Both the position numbers and the translations under genes were made by a program. From an uncultured Candidatus Saccharibacteria bacterium (GTDB taxonomy: Bacteria; Patescibacteriota; Minisyncoccia; Portnoybacterales; UBA2143): DNA of 64,000 nucleotides. How positions within the stretch are numbered: the stretch's first letter is position 1; every line of letters begins with the position of its first letter. Where the stretch lies: positions 11,332 to 75,331 of the forward strand of contig CAZQUN010000002.1 in NCBI GenBank assembly GCA_964596615.1, written 5' to 3'. Shown one piece after another: positions 54,300 to 64,000 of this stretch. The notes under the pieces are model-generated. The model worked only from the letters and a program-made list of their open reading frames with translations. It did not search any database and was not told the DNA's origin.

Positions 54300-56123
54300 T
54301 TAAACCTTCCTTTTCATCAAGCGTTCAAATTCTTTTCTCTCAATAGTTTCTTTTTTAATTAATTGTTCGGCGATTTGGTCTAATTTCTTTCTTTTTTCAG
54401 ATATAATCTTCTTAGCAGTATTAAAAGCGTCGTCAATGAATTTAGCAACTTCCTTATCAATTTGAGCAGCAGCTTCTTCGGAATAATCTTTTTCTGTAGC
54501 GATTTCTCTGCCAAGAAAAACCATTTCATCTTTTCCGCCAAAAGTCCTTGGCCCCATTTTTTCACTCATGCCATATTTAGTTACTAACTTTCTGGCTAAA
54601 TCAGTTGCTTTTTGCAGATCACTTGAAGCGCCGGTAGTTAATTCATTGAAAACAATTTTTTCTGAGACATAGCCGCCTAAAAGAACGGTTAGTTCGTCAA
54701 TGTATTCGGAACGAGTATGAAGATGCCTGTCTCTAATCGGAAGTTTTAAAGTGTAGCCGGCAGCCGGACCGCGGGGAATGATTGAAACCTTTTGGATTGG
54801 GTCAGTATTAGGTAAAGAAGCAGCAGTCAAAGCATGACCAGCTTCATGGTAAGCGGTAATTTCTTTTTCTTTTTCAGAAAGGACATGGCTTTTTCTTTCC
54901 GGCCCAAGGATGACTTTTTCAATTGATTCTCGCAGTTCATCCTGACTAATTTTTTTCTTGTTTCTTCTGGCAGTCAGAATAGCGGCCTCGTTGACAATAT
55001 TAGCCAGGTCAGCGCCGGAAAATCCAGGCGTTCTTTCGGCAATTTCTTTTAATTCAACTTTCTCTTCAAGGGGTTTGTTTCTGGCATGGATTTTTAAGAT
55101 TTCTCTCCGGTCTTTTAGGTCAGGCAAATCAAGGACAACTCTTCGATCAAATCGGCCGGGACGAAGAAGGGCCGGGTCTAGAACATCCGGTCGGTTAGTC
55201 GCAGAGATTAATATAATGCCGGTATTGGGGTCAAAGCCATCCATTTCAACCAGAATCTGATTTAAGGTTTGTTCTCTTTCATCATGGCCGCCGCCAAGAC
55301 CGGCTCCTCTTTGTCTCCCAATGGCATCAAGTTCGTCAATAAAGATTAATGCCGGAGCATGTTTTTTAGCGGTTTGGAATAGGTCCCGGACCCGACTTGA
55401 ACCAACCCCGACAAACATTTCAACAAATTCTGAGCCAGAAACAGAGAAGAAAGGAACATTAGCTTCAGAGGCGACTGCCCGGGCAAGAAGAGTTTTTCCG
55501 GTTCCGGGAGCGCCAACCAAAAGAACTCCTTTCGGAATTTTAGCTCCGAGATTAATAAATTTCTTTGGATTTTTCAAAAAATCAACAATTTCATATAATT
55601 CCTGCTTAGCTTCTTTTAAACCGGCAACATCTTTGAAAGTAACCCGGTTTTTCTTATCCTTCGGGTCAACTAGACGGGCTTTGGAACGGCCAAAGCTAAA
55701 AGCCTGCATTTGTCCTCTTTGGGCGCCGCGGAACATAAACCAGAAAAAGAAACCGATAATGAGCAAGGGGAGAAGGAAAGGAAGAACTGCTCCAGCCCAG
55801 AAGAAAAGGCCGCTTTCTCCCTTAATTTCCAGATTGACCAGTTTTAATTTTTCCTGGTTAAGGCCGTAGTTTTTTAAAGATTCAGTCAAAGAAGCCTCTT
55901 TTTCCTTGGTCGCTTCTTCTTTGGCGCCGTCTTTTAATTCAATTTCAAGTTTGTCGCCCCGGATAACAATAGTTGAAACTTCTTCATTGTTAATCCGTTC
56001 AACCAATTGACTCAAAGAGATTTCTTCCGGTTTTTGACCTGATTCATTAAGCAAAGCAAAAAGCCCGGCAATAGTCAGAAATGCCAAAAAAGCAATCAAT
56101 AGATTTTTGAGTAAGTATTTCAT
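54300..56123 (-). CDS. ftsH: ATP-dependent zinc metalloprotease FtsH
   Basis: Two N-terminal TM helices; Walker A GAPGTGKT; SRH; HEAGHAL zinc site. Confidence 0.95.
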   Translation of the reverse strand: MKYLLKNLLIAFLAFLTIAGLFALLNESGQKPEEISLSQLVERINNEEVSTIVIRGDKLEIELKDGAKEEATKEKEASLTESLKNYGLNQEKLKLVNLEIKGESGLFFWAGAVLPFLLPLLIIGFFFWFMFRGAQRGQMQAFSFGRSKARLVDPKDKKNRVTFKDVAGLKEAKQELYEIVDFLKNPKKFINLGAKIPKGVLLVGAPGTGKTLLARAVASEANVPFFSVSGSEFVEMFVGVGSSRVRDLFQTAKKHAPALIFIDELDAIGRQRGAGLGGGHDEREQTLNQILVEMDGFDPNTGIILISATNRPDVLDPALLRPGRFDRRVVLDLPDLKDRREILKIHARNKPLEEKVELKEIAERTPGFSGADLANIVNEAAILTARRNKKKISQDELRESIEKVILGPERKSHVLSEKEKEITAYHEAGHALTAASLPNTDPIQKVSIIPRGPAAGYTLKLPIRDRHLHTRSEYIDELTVLLGGYVSEKIVFNELTTGASSDLQKATDLARKLVTKYGMSEKMGPRTFGGKDEMVFLGREIATEKDYSEEAAAQIDKEVAKFIDDAFNTAKKIISEKRKKLDQIAEQLIKKETIERKEFERLMKRKV

Positions 56124-57202
56124 TATTGAGAATCTTTTAATGCCAGAGCCATCTTATGTTTCTCTGGTGAAAAGGACAGAATCTTGAATTCATGCAACTG
56201 GCCAAGTTCAAGGATGTTTTCCTGTTCGGAGAACTCAGTTGGATGAACCAGGCCATGAATACCTTTGCAGACTTCAATAAAGGCGCCGGAAGAAGATATT
56301 TTAGTCACCTTGCCTTCAACTGTCTGGCCGGCCTGATATTTTTTTTCAATGCCCTGCCAAGGATCATCCTTCAGGGCTTTGAGAGAAAGAGTAATTTGAC
56401 CATCGTTAATACCAATAATCTGGCATTTAACTTTTTCGTTTTCGGAAAGGACCTGATTAGGGTGATCAATTATCTGCCAGTCAAGTTCAGAAATATGAGC
56501 CAGTCCTTCCAGATTTTCGTCAAACCTGATGAAAGCGCCAAAATCGGTCAGGGCGGTAACAACACCCTCAACAACTTCTCCTTCCTTGTGTTTTTCCAGA
56601 TTTTGTTTTAATTCTTTTTCCTGGGCAGCTTTTTCCGAAACAATCAGTTTTTCATTTTTCTTATCAAGGGTAATAATTTTAACCTGCAATTCTTTGCCAA
56701 TAAAGCCATTAAGATGCTTTAGGATTTTGTTCTTATCGCCGCCTTCTACCCGGGGATAATTTTGGGGAGAAAGTTGGGAAACAGGCAGGAAACCAATAAT
56801 GCCGGAGAATTCAATAACCAGGCCGCCCCGGTTGGCTTCAGTTATCCGAACGGCAATAGTCCTGTTTTCCTCCCTTATATCCTTCAAATCAGTCCAGGTT
56901 TTTTTAAGAGTAGCTTCTTTTAAGGAAAGTTCAATATGGCCGTCTTCATTTTCTGGACTGACGACCATGGCTGATATTTTCTGGCCAATTTTTAATTCTT
57001 TGATAATTCGTTTATTCTCTTTCAATTCCCCGCCGTAGACAATTCCTGTTCCAATGACGCCTAAATCAACAATCAGCTCGTTTTTGCTGATTTTGATTAC
57101 TATTCCTTCAATTAGTTCGCCGGTCTGGGGCAAAGAAAGGGATTCTTTCTCTTTAGCCAGCAAATCCTTCATTTTACTTGTATTTTTATCTGTCATGTTC
57201 AA
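56123..57202 (-). CDS. S1 RNA-binding-domain protein (ribosomal protein S1-like, 4 S1 repeats)
   Basis: Repeated G-x-V-x-G-x-V...GAFI/GLVH S1 motifs; 359 aa. Confidence 0.7.
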   Translation of the reverse strand: MNMTDKNTSKMKDLLAKEKESLSLPQTGELIEGIVIKISKNELIVDLGVIGTGIVYGGELKENKRIIKELKIGQKISAMVVSPENEDGHIELSLKEATLKKTWTDLKDIREENRTIAVRITEANRGGLVIEFSGIIGFLPVSQLSPQNYPRVEGGDKNKILKHLNGFIGKELQVKIITLDKKNEKLIVSEKAAQEKELKQNLEKHKEGEVVEGVVTALTDFGAFIRFDENLEGLAHISELDWQIIDHPNQVLSENEKVKCQIIGINDGQITLSLKALKDDPWQGIEKKYQAGQTVEGKVTKISSSGAFIEVCKGIHGLVHPTEFSEQENILELGQLHEFKILSFSPEKHKMALALKDSQ

Positions 57203-57263
57203 AAGTATATCCTAATATTTCCGTCTTGGCAAGGGGTAGAAAACATGATAGAATAGAATCAAT

Positions 57264-57908
57264 ATGACGATTAACTGGTATGGCCATTCTTGTTTTAAGA
57301 TTACTAATCAAGGGGGCCATTTAACTATTATCACCGATCCTTTTGATAAAAAGGTCGGGCTTAATCCGCCCCGGGGCAATGCTGATATTGTCACTGTTTC
57401 TCATGATCATTTCGACCACAACAATGTTAAGGCCGTTGGTGGCGATCCCTTCATTATCAACAGCCCGGGTGAGTACGAAACCAAGGGCATAACCATCAAT
57501 GGTATTTCAAGTTTTCATGATGGAAAAAAAGGCGAAGAAAGGGGAACTAGCACAATTTACTGCATAGAAATGGATGGAATCCGGATTTGCCATATGGGTG
57601 ATTTTGGCCAGGAAAGATTAAGTGATAATCAATTAGAAGCTCTTGGTCAGGTTGGTATTTTAATAATTCCGGTTGGCGGGAATTACACAATTAACGGTTC
57701 CCAGGCGGCTAAAATCGCCAATCAGATTGAACCAGGCATCATCGTTCCGATGCATTACAAAATTCCCGGTTTAACGGTTGATATCAATGACCCAAAGGAA
57801 TTCCTAAAGGAAATGGGAGCAAATGGAATCAAGCCGGTTGATAAATTAACTTTGAAAAAAAAGGATTTGAGTAATAGGGAAATGGAAGTTATCTTATTCA
57901 AACTCTAA
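57264..57908 (+). CDS. metallo-beta-lactamase-fold hydrolase
   Basis: VSHDHFDHNN HxHxDH motif. Confidence 0.7.
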   Translation: MTINWYGHSCFKITNQGGHLTIITDPFDKKVGLNPPRGNADIVTVSHDHFDHNNVKAVGGDPFIINSPGEYETKGITINGISSFHDGKKGEERGTSTIYCIEMDGIRICHMGDFGQERLSDNQLEALGQVGILIIPVGGNYTINGSQAAKIANQIEPGIIVPMHYKIPGLTVDINDPKEFLKEMGANGIKPVDKLTLKKKDLSNREMEVILFKL

Positions 57909-58258
57909 TGTCATTAATTAGTTTTATTGAAAAAATTCAAAAAAAGCCTCGTTATATCCGTATCCAGATTCTTTGGCTGGCTGTTTTTATCTCGATGTTT
58001 TTCATTATCTCCTTCTGGGTAGCTTCTCTTAAGCAATCTTTTCCGACGACTATTGTTGAAAAAGAGGAACCCCTCAAAGAATTAAAAGAAAATGTTCCAA
58101 CCCTAATGGAAACTCTCAAAGCCAGTATTAGCGGTCTTTTCAATGGAGACGAATCAGAGGAATTTCTAAAAGAAGAAAACCAAATTGAAGGCAAAAGAGA
58201 AATAATTAAGGAAAAGCCGGAAGGAATACAACCAGCCAGATTACCTTCAAGTTTTTAA
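57908..58258 (+). CDS. hypothetical membrane-anchored acidic protein
   Basis: ORF with one TM helix. Confidence 0.35.
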   Translation: MSLISFIEKIQKKPRYIRIQILWLAVFISMFFIISFWVASLKQSFPTTIVEKEEPLKELKENVPTLMETLKASISGLFNGDESEEFLKEENQIEGKREIIKEKPEGIQPARLPSSF

Positions 58259-58302
58259 GATAAAAAGGATTTTATCCTAAGTTGTTTTTTGTTTGTTAAA
58301 TT

Positions 58303-60753
58303 ATGCCTGATAAAAAGCAATCAGAGGTTGGATATATTAAAAAACGCTCCATTACTGAGGAAATGAAGGAGTCCTATTTAGACTATGCTATGAGCGTCAT
58401 TATCGCCCGGGCTCTGCCGGATGTCCGCGATGGGTTGAAGCCGGTTCACCGCCGGATTCTTTATGCTATGCATAAAATGGGATTGAGCAGTTCGGCTAAA
58501 TACCGTAAATCAGCCCAGGTTGTTGGAGAGACGCTTGGAAAGTATCATCCCCATGGCGATGTGGCTGTTTACGATGCCATGGCCAGGATGGCTCAGGATT
58601 TTTCCCTCCGTTACCCCTTAGTTAATGGACAGGGTAATTTTGGCTCTATGGACGGCGACAGTCCAGCTGCCCAAAGATACACCGAGGCCAAAATGGCTAA
58701 AGTAGCCGAAGAAATGCTTTCTGATATTGAAAAGGAAACTGTTGATTGGACTGATAACTATGACGGGACAAGACAGGAACCAGTCGTTCTGCCAACCAAG
58801 CTTCCTCAATTGCTTTTGAACGGAACTTTTGGTATTGCCGTTGGTATGGCCAGCAATATCCCGCCCCATAATCTTTCTGAGTTGGTTGATGCAGCCATTT
58901 ATCTAATTGACCATTCAGATGCAACGGTCAAAGATCTTTTTAAGTATGTTAAAGGACCCGATTTTCCAACCGGCGGGGAGATATATGATCGGGCAGGAAT
59001 GATTCAGGCCTACAGCACCGGCAAGGGACCAATTGTCTCCCGGGCTAAGGCAGAAATTACTGAAAAGAAAACCGGTCAATTCCAGATTCTGGTGACTGAA
59101 ACAACCTATGGGACTAATAAGGCGAATTTGGTTTCCAGAATTGCTGAACTGGCCAGGGATAAGAGAATCCAGGGAATCAAAGATATACGCGATGAATCAG
59201 ACAAGGAAGGAACCAGGGTTGCTATTGACCTTAAAAATGATGCCCAGCCCCAAAAGATTCTTAACCGGCTTTTCAAATTGACTGATCTTCAAAAAACATT
59301 TCATTTGAATATGCTTGCTCTGGTCAACGGCATCCAACCCCAGGTTTTATCCTTAAAAGGGGTTCTGGAAGAATACGTCAAGCATCGCCAGAAGGTTGTC
59401 ACCCGCCGGGCAAAATATGATCTAAAACAGGCTAAAGAAAGAGCCCATATTTTGGAAGGATTGAACAAAGCCCTCAATCATATTGATGCTGTTATTGAAA
59501 CAATCAAGAAATCAGCTGATCGGGAAGTCGCTCGTAAGAATCTGATGAAAAAGTTCAAATTGAGCGACAGACAGGCAACCGCCATTTTAGAGATGCGGCT
59601 TCAAACTCTGGCTGGACTGGAAAGAAAGAAAATTAAAGAAGAACTAGATGAAAAGAAAAAATTAATCAAAGAATTAGAGGCTCTCTTAAAGAGTCCGAAG
59701 AAAATTCTGTCAGTCGTCAAAAAAGAACTCCAGGATTTAAAGAAAAAATACGGCGATGAAAGAAGAACCAAGGTTTTTGTCCGTCCAGTTGGTCAATTAA
59801 CCGATGAAGACCTTGTTCCTCAGGAAGATTGTGTCATTATCTTGACCCGGGGAGGATACATTAAAAGAGTTAATCCTCAGGCCTATCGGGCGCAGAAGAG
59901 AGGCGGCAAAGGAATTATCGGTATTATTCCCCGGGAAGAAGATGCTGTTGGTCATTTCCTTTCCGCAACAACCCATGATGATATTCTCTTCTTTACTGAT
60001 AAGGGCCGGGTCTTTCAATCCAAGGCCTATGAACTTTCAGAAGCCAGCCGGACAGCCCGAGGCCAGGCTATAGTTAATATCCTTCAGCTTGGCGCTCAGG
60101 AAAAAATCACAACCGTCCTCAATGTTTCAAAATCCGATGAAGGCAAATACTTGGTTATGGCAACAGAAAAAGGTATAATTAAAAGAACCAAAATAGAGGA
60201 ATTTAAGAATGTCAGGCGAAGCGGTCTAATTGCCATTGGATTAGGCAAAGACGATAGTTTAGGATGGACAAATCTAACTTCCGGCCGTGATGAGATTATG
60301 TTGATAACGGCAAAGGGCCAGAGCATTCGATTCAAAGAAACTGACACCCGGCCAATGGGCCGAACTGCAGCCGGAGTTAAGGGAATTGGTCTGAGAGAAA
60401 ATGATAAACTGGTTGGTATGGATGTTATTGAAAAGAAATCAGATCAAAAAGGTCTTAAGCTCCTGGTTATCACAGAAAATGGTTTTGGTAAAAAGACTGA
60501 TTTAAAACATTACAAAATTCAGAAAAGAGGCGGCCTCGGCATTAAAACAGCTAAAGTGACTGACAAGACCGGCGATATTGTTGTTAGCAGAATTGTTTCA
60601 GGCGAACAGGAAGACCTGATTGCTATTTCTCAAAAAGGTCAGGTTATCAGAACAAAAATCAAAGATATTTCGTCTTTGGGTCGTTCAACCCAGGGGGTTA
60701 AAGTTATGAAAGTCAATCGGGGAGACAAGGTTGCTTCCCTGGCCTGTATCTAA
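58303..60753 (+). CDS. gyrA: DNA gyrase subunit A
   Basis: [23 protein letters not shown], catalytic Tyr region, C-terminal beta-pinwheel repeats; 816 aa. Confidence 0.95.
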   Translation: MPDKKQSEVGYIKKRSITEEMKESYLDYAMSVIIARALPDVRDGLKPVHRRILYAMHKMGLSSSAKYRKSAQVVGETLGKYHPHGDVAVYDAMARMAQDFSLRYPLVNGQGNFGSMDGDSPAAQRYTEAKMAKVAEEMLSDIEKETVDWTDNYDGTRQEPVVLPTKLPQLLLNGTFGIAVGMASNIPPHNLSELVDAAIYLIDHSDATVKDLFKYVKGPDFPTGGEIYDRAGMIQAYSTGKGPIVSRAKAEITEKKTGQFQILVTETTYGTNKANLVSRIAELARDKRIQGIKDIRDESDKEGTRVAIDLKNDAQPQKILNRLFKLTDLQKTFHLNMLALVNGIQPQVLSLKGVLEEYVKHRQKVVTRRAKYDLKQAKERAHILEGLNKALNHIDAVIETIKKSADREVARKNLMKKFKLSDRQATAILEMRLQTLAGLERKKIKEELDEKKKLIKELEALLKSPKKILSVVKKELQDLKKKYGDERRTKVFVRPVGQLTDEDLVPQEDCVIILTRGGYIKRVNPQAYRAQKRGGKGIIGIIPREEDAVGHFLSATTHDDILFFTDKGRVFQSKAYELSEASRTARGQAIVNILQLGAQEKITTVLNVSKSDEGKYLVMATEKGIIKRTKIEEFKNVRRSGLIAIGLGKDDSLGWTNLTSGRDEIMLITAKGQSIRFKETDTRPMGRTAAGVKGIGLRENDKLVGMDVIEKKSDQKGLKLLVITENGFGKKTDLKHYKIQKRGGLGIKTAKVTDKTGDIVVSRIVSGEQEDLIAISQKGQVIRTKIKDISSLGRSTQGVKVMKVNRGDKVASLACI

Positions 60754-60791
60754 TTTTAAATATTTGCTAGAATTGAATAAAAGATAACTTC

Positions 60792-61322
60792 ATGGAAAAA
60801 GAGGGGTTTTCCACTCCGGATAAAATATTGGCCCAACTTGACATCCGTGACCAAATGGAGGTGGCTGATTTTGGCTGTGGTCACGGCTATTTTAGTATCC
60901 CTCTGGCTAAAATGATTCCGAACGGAAACATTTATGCAATTGATGTTGTTAATGATACCCTTGAGGCTGTTAAGAGCAAATCCGAACTGGAAAGAATTGA
61001 GAATATTAAAATAGTTCATGCCAATCTTGAAATTCCAGGCAGTTCAAAATTAAAGGCCAATTCGGTTGATATAGTCTTGCTGAGAAATATCTTGTATCAA
61101 TCAGAAAAGAAAGAGGAGATTATAAGGGAAGCTAATCGGACATTAAAAGAAAACGGCAGAATGGTTTTAGTTGAATGGAAGATTGATTCGCCCTTGGCGC
61201 CCAAAGAGGGCTATTTACTTTCTAAAGAAGAAGCTCATCAATTAATCAACCAGGAAAAACTGATTTTAGAAAAAGAACTAGAATTAGATAATCATCATTA
61301 TGGCTTGGTTTTTAAGAAATAA
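60792..61322 (+). CDS. small class I SAM-dependent methyltransferase
   Basis: VADFGCGHGYFSIPLAK motif I. Confidence 0.65.
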   Translation: MEKEGFSTPDKILAQLDIRDQMEVADFGCGHGYFSIPLAKMIPNGNIYAIDVVNDTLEAVKSKSELERIENIKIVHANLEIPGSSKLKANSVDIVLLRNILYQSEKKEEIIREANRTLKENGRMVLVEWKIDSPLAPKEGYLLSKEEAHQLINQEKLILEKELELDNHHYGLVFKK

Positions 61323-62601
61323 ATCGAATATTTTCTATTCCCTGTTTCTTCCTGTTTTTGTTTTTGGTTTGGCTGCTGCCCTGCCGGGCTGTAAAGAACC
61401 CATTAAAGAGGTTAATTTAGAGTTTTGGGGAGTTTATGATGATTCTGATATCTGGCGGTCTTTAATAGAGGATTTTAACGAAGAATTTCCCAGGACTAAA
61501 ATCAATTATTACAAAAAAACCTATTCTAGTTATGAAAAAGACCTTTTAGAAGCCATGGCTACTGGTCGAGGACCAGATATTTTTATGCTTCATAATACCT
61601 GGCTGCCAAAATATGAGGATAAGATTGTTGCTGCTCCGACCGACTTGATCACTTTTCGCGATGTTCAGGATGATTTTGTTGATGTTGTTATCGATGATTT
61701 TACATCAGATGGTTTAATTACAGCGCTTCCTTTGAGTATTGACACTCTCGCCCTTTATTACAACAAAGATATTTTTCAGACTCTGGGTATTCCCCAACCG
61801 CCTCCGACCTGGGAAAAGTTTTTGGAAGATATTGAAAAAATTACCCAAAGAGATGAAAGGGGGAATATTGTCAGGGCTGGAGCAGCCCTGGGTACAGCCA
61901 GAAATATTAATCGTTCGACCGACATCCTTTCCCTTTTAATGCTTCAATCAGGGGTTAAGATGGTTAGTGATAGCAAGACGGAAGCGACTTTTGACGATGC
62001 GGTTATTCTAAAAGGGGAAAGGTATGATGCGGGAGAGAGGGCATTGGAGTTCTATACTGACTTTGCCAGTCCATTAAAATCAGCCTATACCTGGAACAAT
62101 CGGATGCATTACTCCCTTGATGCTTTTTATGAAGGAAAAGTAGCAATGATGTTTAATTATTCTTATCATATCCCAACTATCCGGGCTAAAGCCCCCTACT
62201 TAAATTTCGGCGTTGCTTCCATGCCTCAGATTGAAACTGCAACCAATGATGTTAATTACGCCAATTACTGGGGATTAACTGTTTCTCGTAATTCCGAAGA
62301 ATCCCAAGGGGCTTGGCAGTTCATTACTTGGCTGGCTAAAAAGGAAAACTCCCAGAAATATTTAGAATTGGCTGGGAAACCGGCTGCTCGCCGAGATTTA
62401 GTCCTTTCGCAAGAAAACGACCCTGATTTGGGAGTTTATGCCCAGCAAGCCCTAACTGCTTACTCTTGGTACCAGGTGGATAACTTGGCTATTGAGCAGT
62501 ATTTGGCAGATATGATAGAATCAATAGTAATAGGCGAGTCAACCCTAGAAGAAGCAATTAACAAAGCCGCTAACCAAATATCGCTTTTAATGAAGCAATG
62601 A
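61300..62601 (+). CDS. ABC transporter extracellular solute-binding lipoprotein (sugar-type)
   Basis: Lipobox LAAALPGC; SBP_bac_1-like length and composition. Confidence 0.6.
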   Translation: MAWFLRNKSNIFYSLFLPVFVFGLAAALPGCKEPIKEVNLEFWGVYDDSDIWRSLIEDFNEEFPRTKINYYKKTYSSYEKDLLEAMATGRGPDIFMLHNTWLPKYEDKIVAAPTDLITFRDVQDDFVDVVIDDFTSDGLITALPLSIDTLALYYNKDIFQTLGIPQPPPTWEKFLEDIEKITQRDERGNIVRAGAALGTARNINRSTDILSLLMLQSGVKMVSDSKTEATFDDAVILKGERYDAGERALEFYTDFASPLKSAYTWNNRMHYSLDAFYEGKVAMMFNYSYHIPTIRAKAPYLNFGVASMPQIETATNDVNYANYWGLTVSRNSEESQGAWQFITWLAKKENSQKYLELAGKPAARRDLVLSQENDPDLGVYAQQALTAYSWYQVDNLAIEQYLADMIESIVIGESTLEEAINKAANQISLLMKQ

Positions 62602-63062
62602 AAAAGTACAGAAAAATTCTATTAGGTTCTTTGATTTTAATTGGATTATTCAGTTTTAGTTCAGTTGATGCGATTGGTTTGGAAGGACCAATTGTCCCTT
62701 GCGGCCTTCATGAAGATATTGCTACGACAACTAATTGGGATGAATCCAAAGAATGCACGGTTTGCGACCTTTGGAAGCTGGTTAGCAATATTATTACTTT
62801 CATTAGTTTTGATTTAACTGTTCCAGTCGGCGCCTTCCTCTTTATTGTTGCTGGTGTCCTTTTTCTCACTTCTGGCGGCAATGAAAAAAGATTAGGCTTA
62901 GCCAGAAGTATTTTTACCAATACAGTTATTGGTATTCTCATTATCTTCGTCAGCTGGCTTTTAATTGACAGTTTAATTAAAACAACGGTTTCTAAGAATT
63001 TTGAGACAACAGGAAGCAGGAAAATATATTATTCCTGGAATGAATTTCCTGCCTGTCCATAA
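62598..63062 (+). CDS. TrbC/VirB2-like pilin-family membrane protein (paralog 1)
   Basis: Signal peptide, two hydrophobic helices flanking TSGGNEKR, Cys pairs in the N-terminal part. Confidence 0.45.
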   Translation: MKKYRKILLGSLILIGLFSFSSVDAIGLEGPIVPCGLHEDIATTTNWDESKECTVCDLWKLVSNIITFISFDLTVPVGAFLFIVAGVLFLTSGGNEKRLGLARSIFTNTVIGILIIFVSWLLIDSLIKTTVSKNFETTGSRKIYYSWNEFPACP

Positions 63063-63063
63063 C

Positions 63064-63411
63064 ATGAAGAAAATTTTATTAATCATCTTATTATGTCTCC
63101 CTCTCTTTTTAGGCAGTGCCGGAAGTGTTTTTTCAGCGACAGTTCAGACACCAAATAATTTAAATTTACCCGATATTTCCATAGATGAAGTTTTGGGAAA
63201 TATTTTAAACTTGGTTGCTAAGATTATTGCTTGGGTGGCAGTTTTGGTTATTGTTATCGGCGGGATAATGTGGATGACAGCGGGCGGAGATGAAGAACAA
63301 GTTGCTAGAGCCAGGAAAATGATAATTGCGGCAATAGTTGGCTTGATTATTGTCGGCGCCGCGGCCGGATTAGTTAATTTTATCTTGGATATGGTATTCC
63401 CCGCCTCCTAA
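63064..63411 (+). CDS. TrbC/VirB2-like pilin-family membrane protein (paralog 2)
   Basis: Signal peptide; TM - TAGGDEEQ - TM. Confidence 0.45.
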   Translation: MKKILLIILLCLPLFLGSAGSVFSATVQTPNNLNLPDISIDEVLGNILNLVAKIIAWVAVLVIVIGGIMWMTAGGDEEQVARARKMIIAAIVGLIIVGAAAGLVNFILDMVFPAS

Positions 63412-63437
63412 CAATCTCCCGACTTAAAGTAAAAATA

Positions 63438-63860
63438 ATGGAAAAAAATAAATTCTTAAAATTTCTATTGATTGGATTAGTTATCCAGTTCGCTTTGTTT
63501 TGGATATTTCCTCCGTTGGTAATCGGGGTAGAGGGCGCGATAATTCCAACAGCGCATGCAAATAATTCAAATAATTCAAGTAATGCAAATAATTTGAATA
63601 TAGACAATCCGCTCGGAACAGATTCATTTGTTGATCTCTTTGTCGGTATTGCTAATTGGGTAGCAGGGATTGTCGCGACACTGGCAGTTATAGTCATCGT
63701 TTTTGGCGGCATCCAGTATTTACTTTCCGGCGGAAATGAGGAGAAAATTACGCAGGCCAATAAAACTATTCAATGGGCTATTATTGGATTAATTGTTGTT
63801 GTGCTTTCTTGGAGTTTGCTTAAAACAGTCCTCACAATTTTAGGCGTAACTGTTAATTAA
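63438..63860 (+). CDS. TrbC/VirB2-like pilin-family membrane protein (paralog 3)
   Basis: Signal peptide; Asn-rich linker; TM - LSGGNEEK - TM. Confidence 0.45.
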   Translation: MEKNKFLKFLLIGLVIQFALFWIFPPLVIGVEGAIIPTAHANNSNNSSNANNLNIDNPLGTDSFVDLFVGIANWVAGIVATLAVIVIVFGGIQYLLSGGNEEKITQANKTIQWAIIGLIVVVLSWSLLKTVLTILGVTVN

Positions 63861-63910
63861 AATTATTATAGGTAATAAAATATATTAAAAGGAAAGGGGG
63901 TGAAGATTTG

Positions 63911-64000
63911 TGAGAAAAATATTATCAGCAGGCCTATTATCGCTATTGGTTTTAGCGCTTAGCGCCAGTGTTGCCTTGGCGGGGATAACAAAGCCCGAGT
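63911..64000 (+). CDS. secreted protein, 5' end only (possible fourth paralog)
   Basis: RBS AAAGGGGGTG; signal peptide VRKILSAGLLSLLVLALSASVALAG; runs off the window. Confidence 0.3.

Overview
This is an AT-rich 64-kb window whose gene repertoire fits a small-genome, probably episymbiotic bacterium. The lineage call (Candidate Phyla Radiation / Patescibacteria-like) is my inference from content only: DprA plus ComEC competence genes, class II B12-dependent RNR next to a cob(I)alamin adenosyltransferase, LOG, VirB2/TrbC-like pilin paralogs, many small membrane hypotheticals, and tRNAs with and without encoded CCA.

Housekeeping content: dprA (partial), pth, an LCP-family protein, lepB, hisS, a HIT protein, rpsU-yqeY-ybeY-ftsA-ftsZ, nrdJ, a ParB-like protein, an atypical adenylate-kinase-like gene, rpmB, an M50 protease, htrA, rbfA-infB, murD-murC, rplS, an RluA-family synthase, ftsH, an S1-domain protein, gyrA, several SAM methyltransferases and an ABC solute-binding lipoprotein. 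I call 15 tRNA genes plus 2 degenerate tRNA-like fragments.

The main finding is a roughly 13.4-kb integrated element (17894..31255) sitting inside the comEC reading frame. It carries a large serine recombinase, an Xis-like HTH, a terminase-small-subunit-like gene with no capsid or large-terminase genes, a two-methyltransferase plus endonuclease R-M module, a Shedu/DUF4263-like PD-(D/E)xK nuclease, a CPBP/Abi protease, a GC-rich structured RNA candidate and repeated sequence motifs. Joining the flanks rebuilds a continuous ComEC sequence (ISGMH-MIIMTQ) across an 8-bp ATGCATAT junction repeat. This looks like an excisable island, possibly acting as a regulatory switch in a competence gene.

Second, two paralogous GIY-YIG nuclease genes are each wedged exactly between a truncated tRNA-like 5' fragment and an intact tRNA, with the ORF stop codon lying in the D-arm of the downstream tRNA.

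Other items: a promoter-to-terminator unit of about 170 nt with no ORF (sRNA candidate), a tRNA-Ile with a UAU anticodon, three tandem VirB2-like pilin paralogs, and a 21-bp in-frame tandem repeat protein.

All coordinates were derived by eye and may be off by 1-2 nt.
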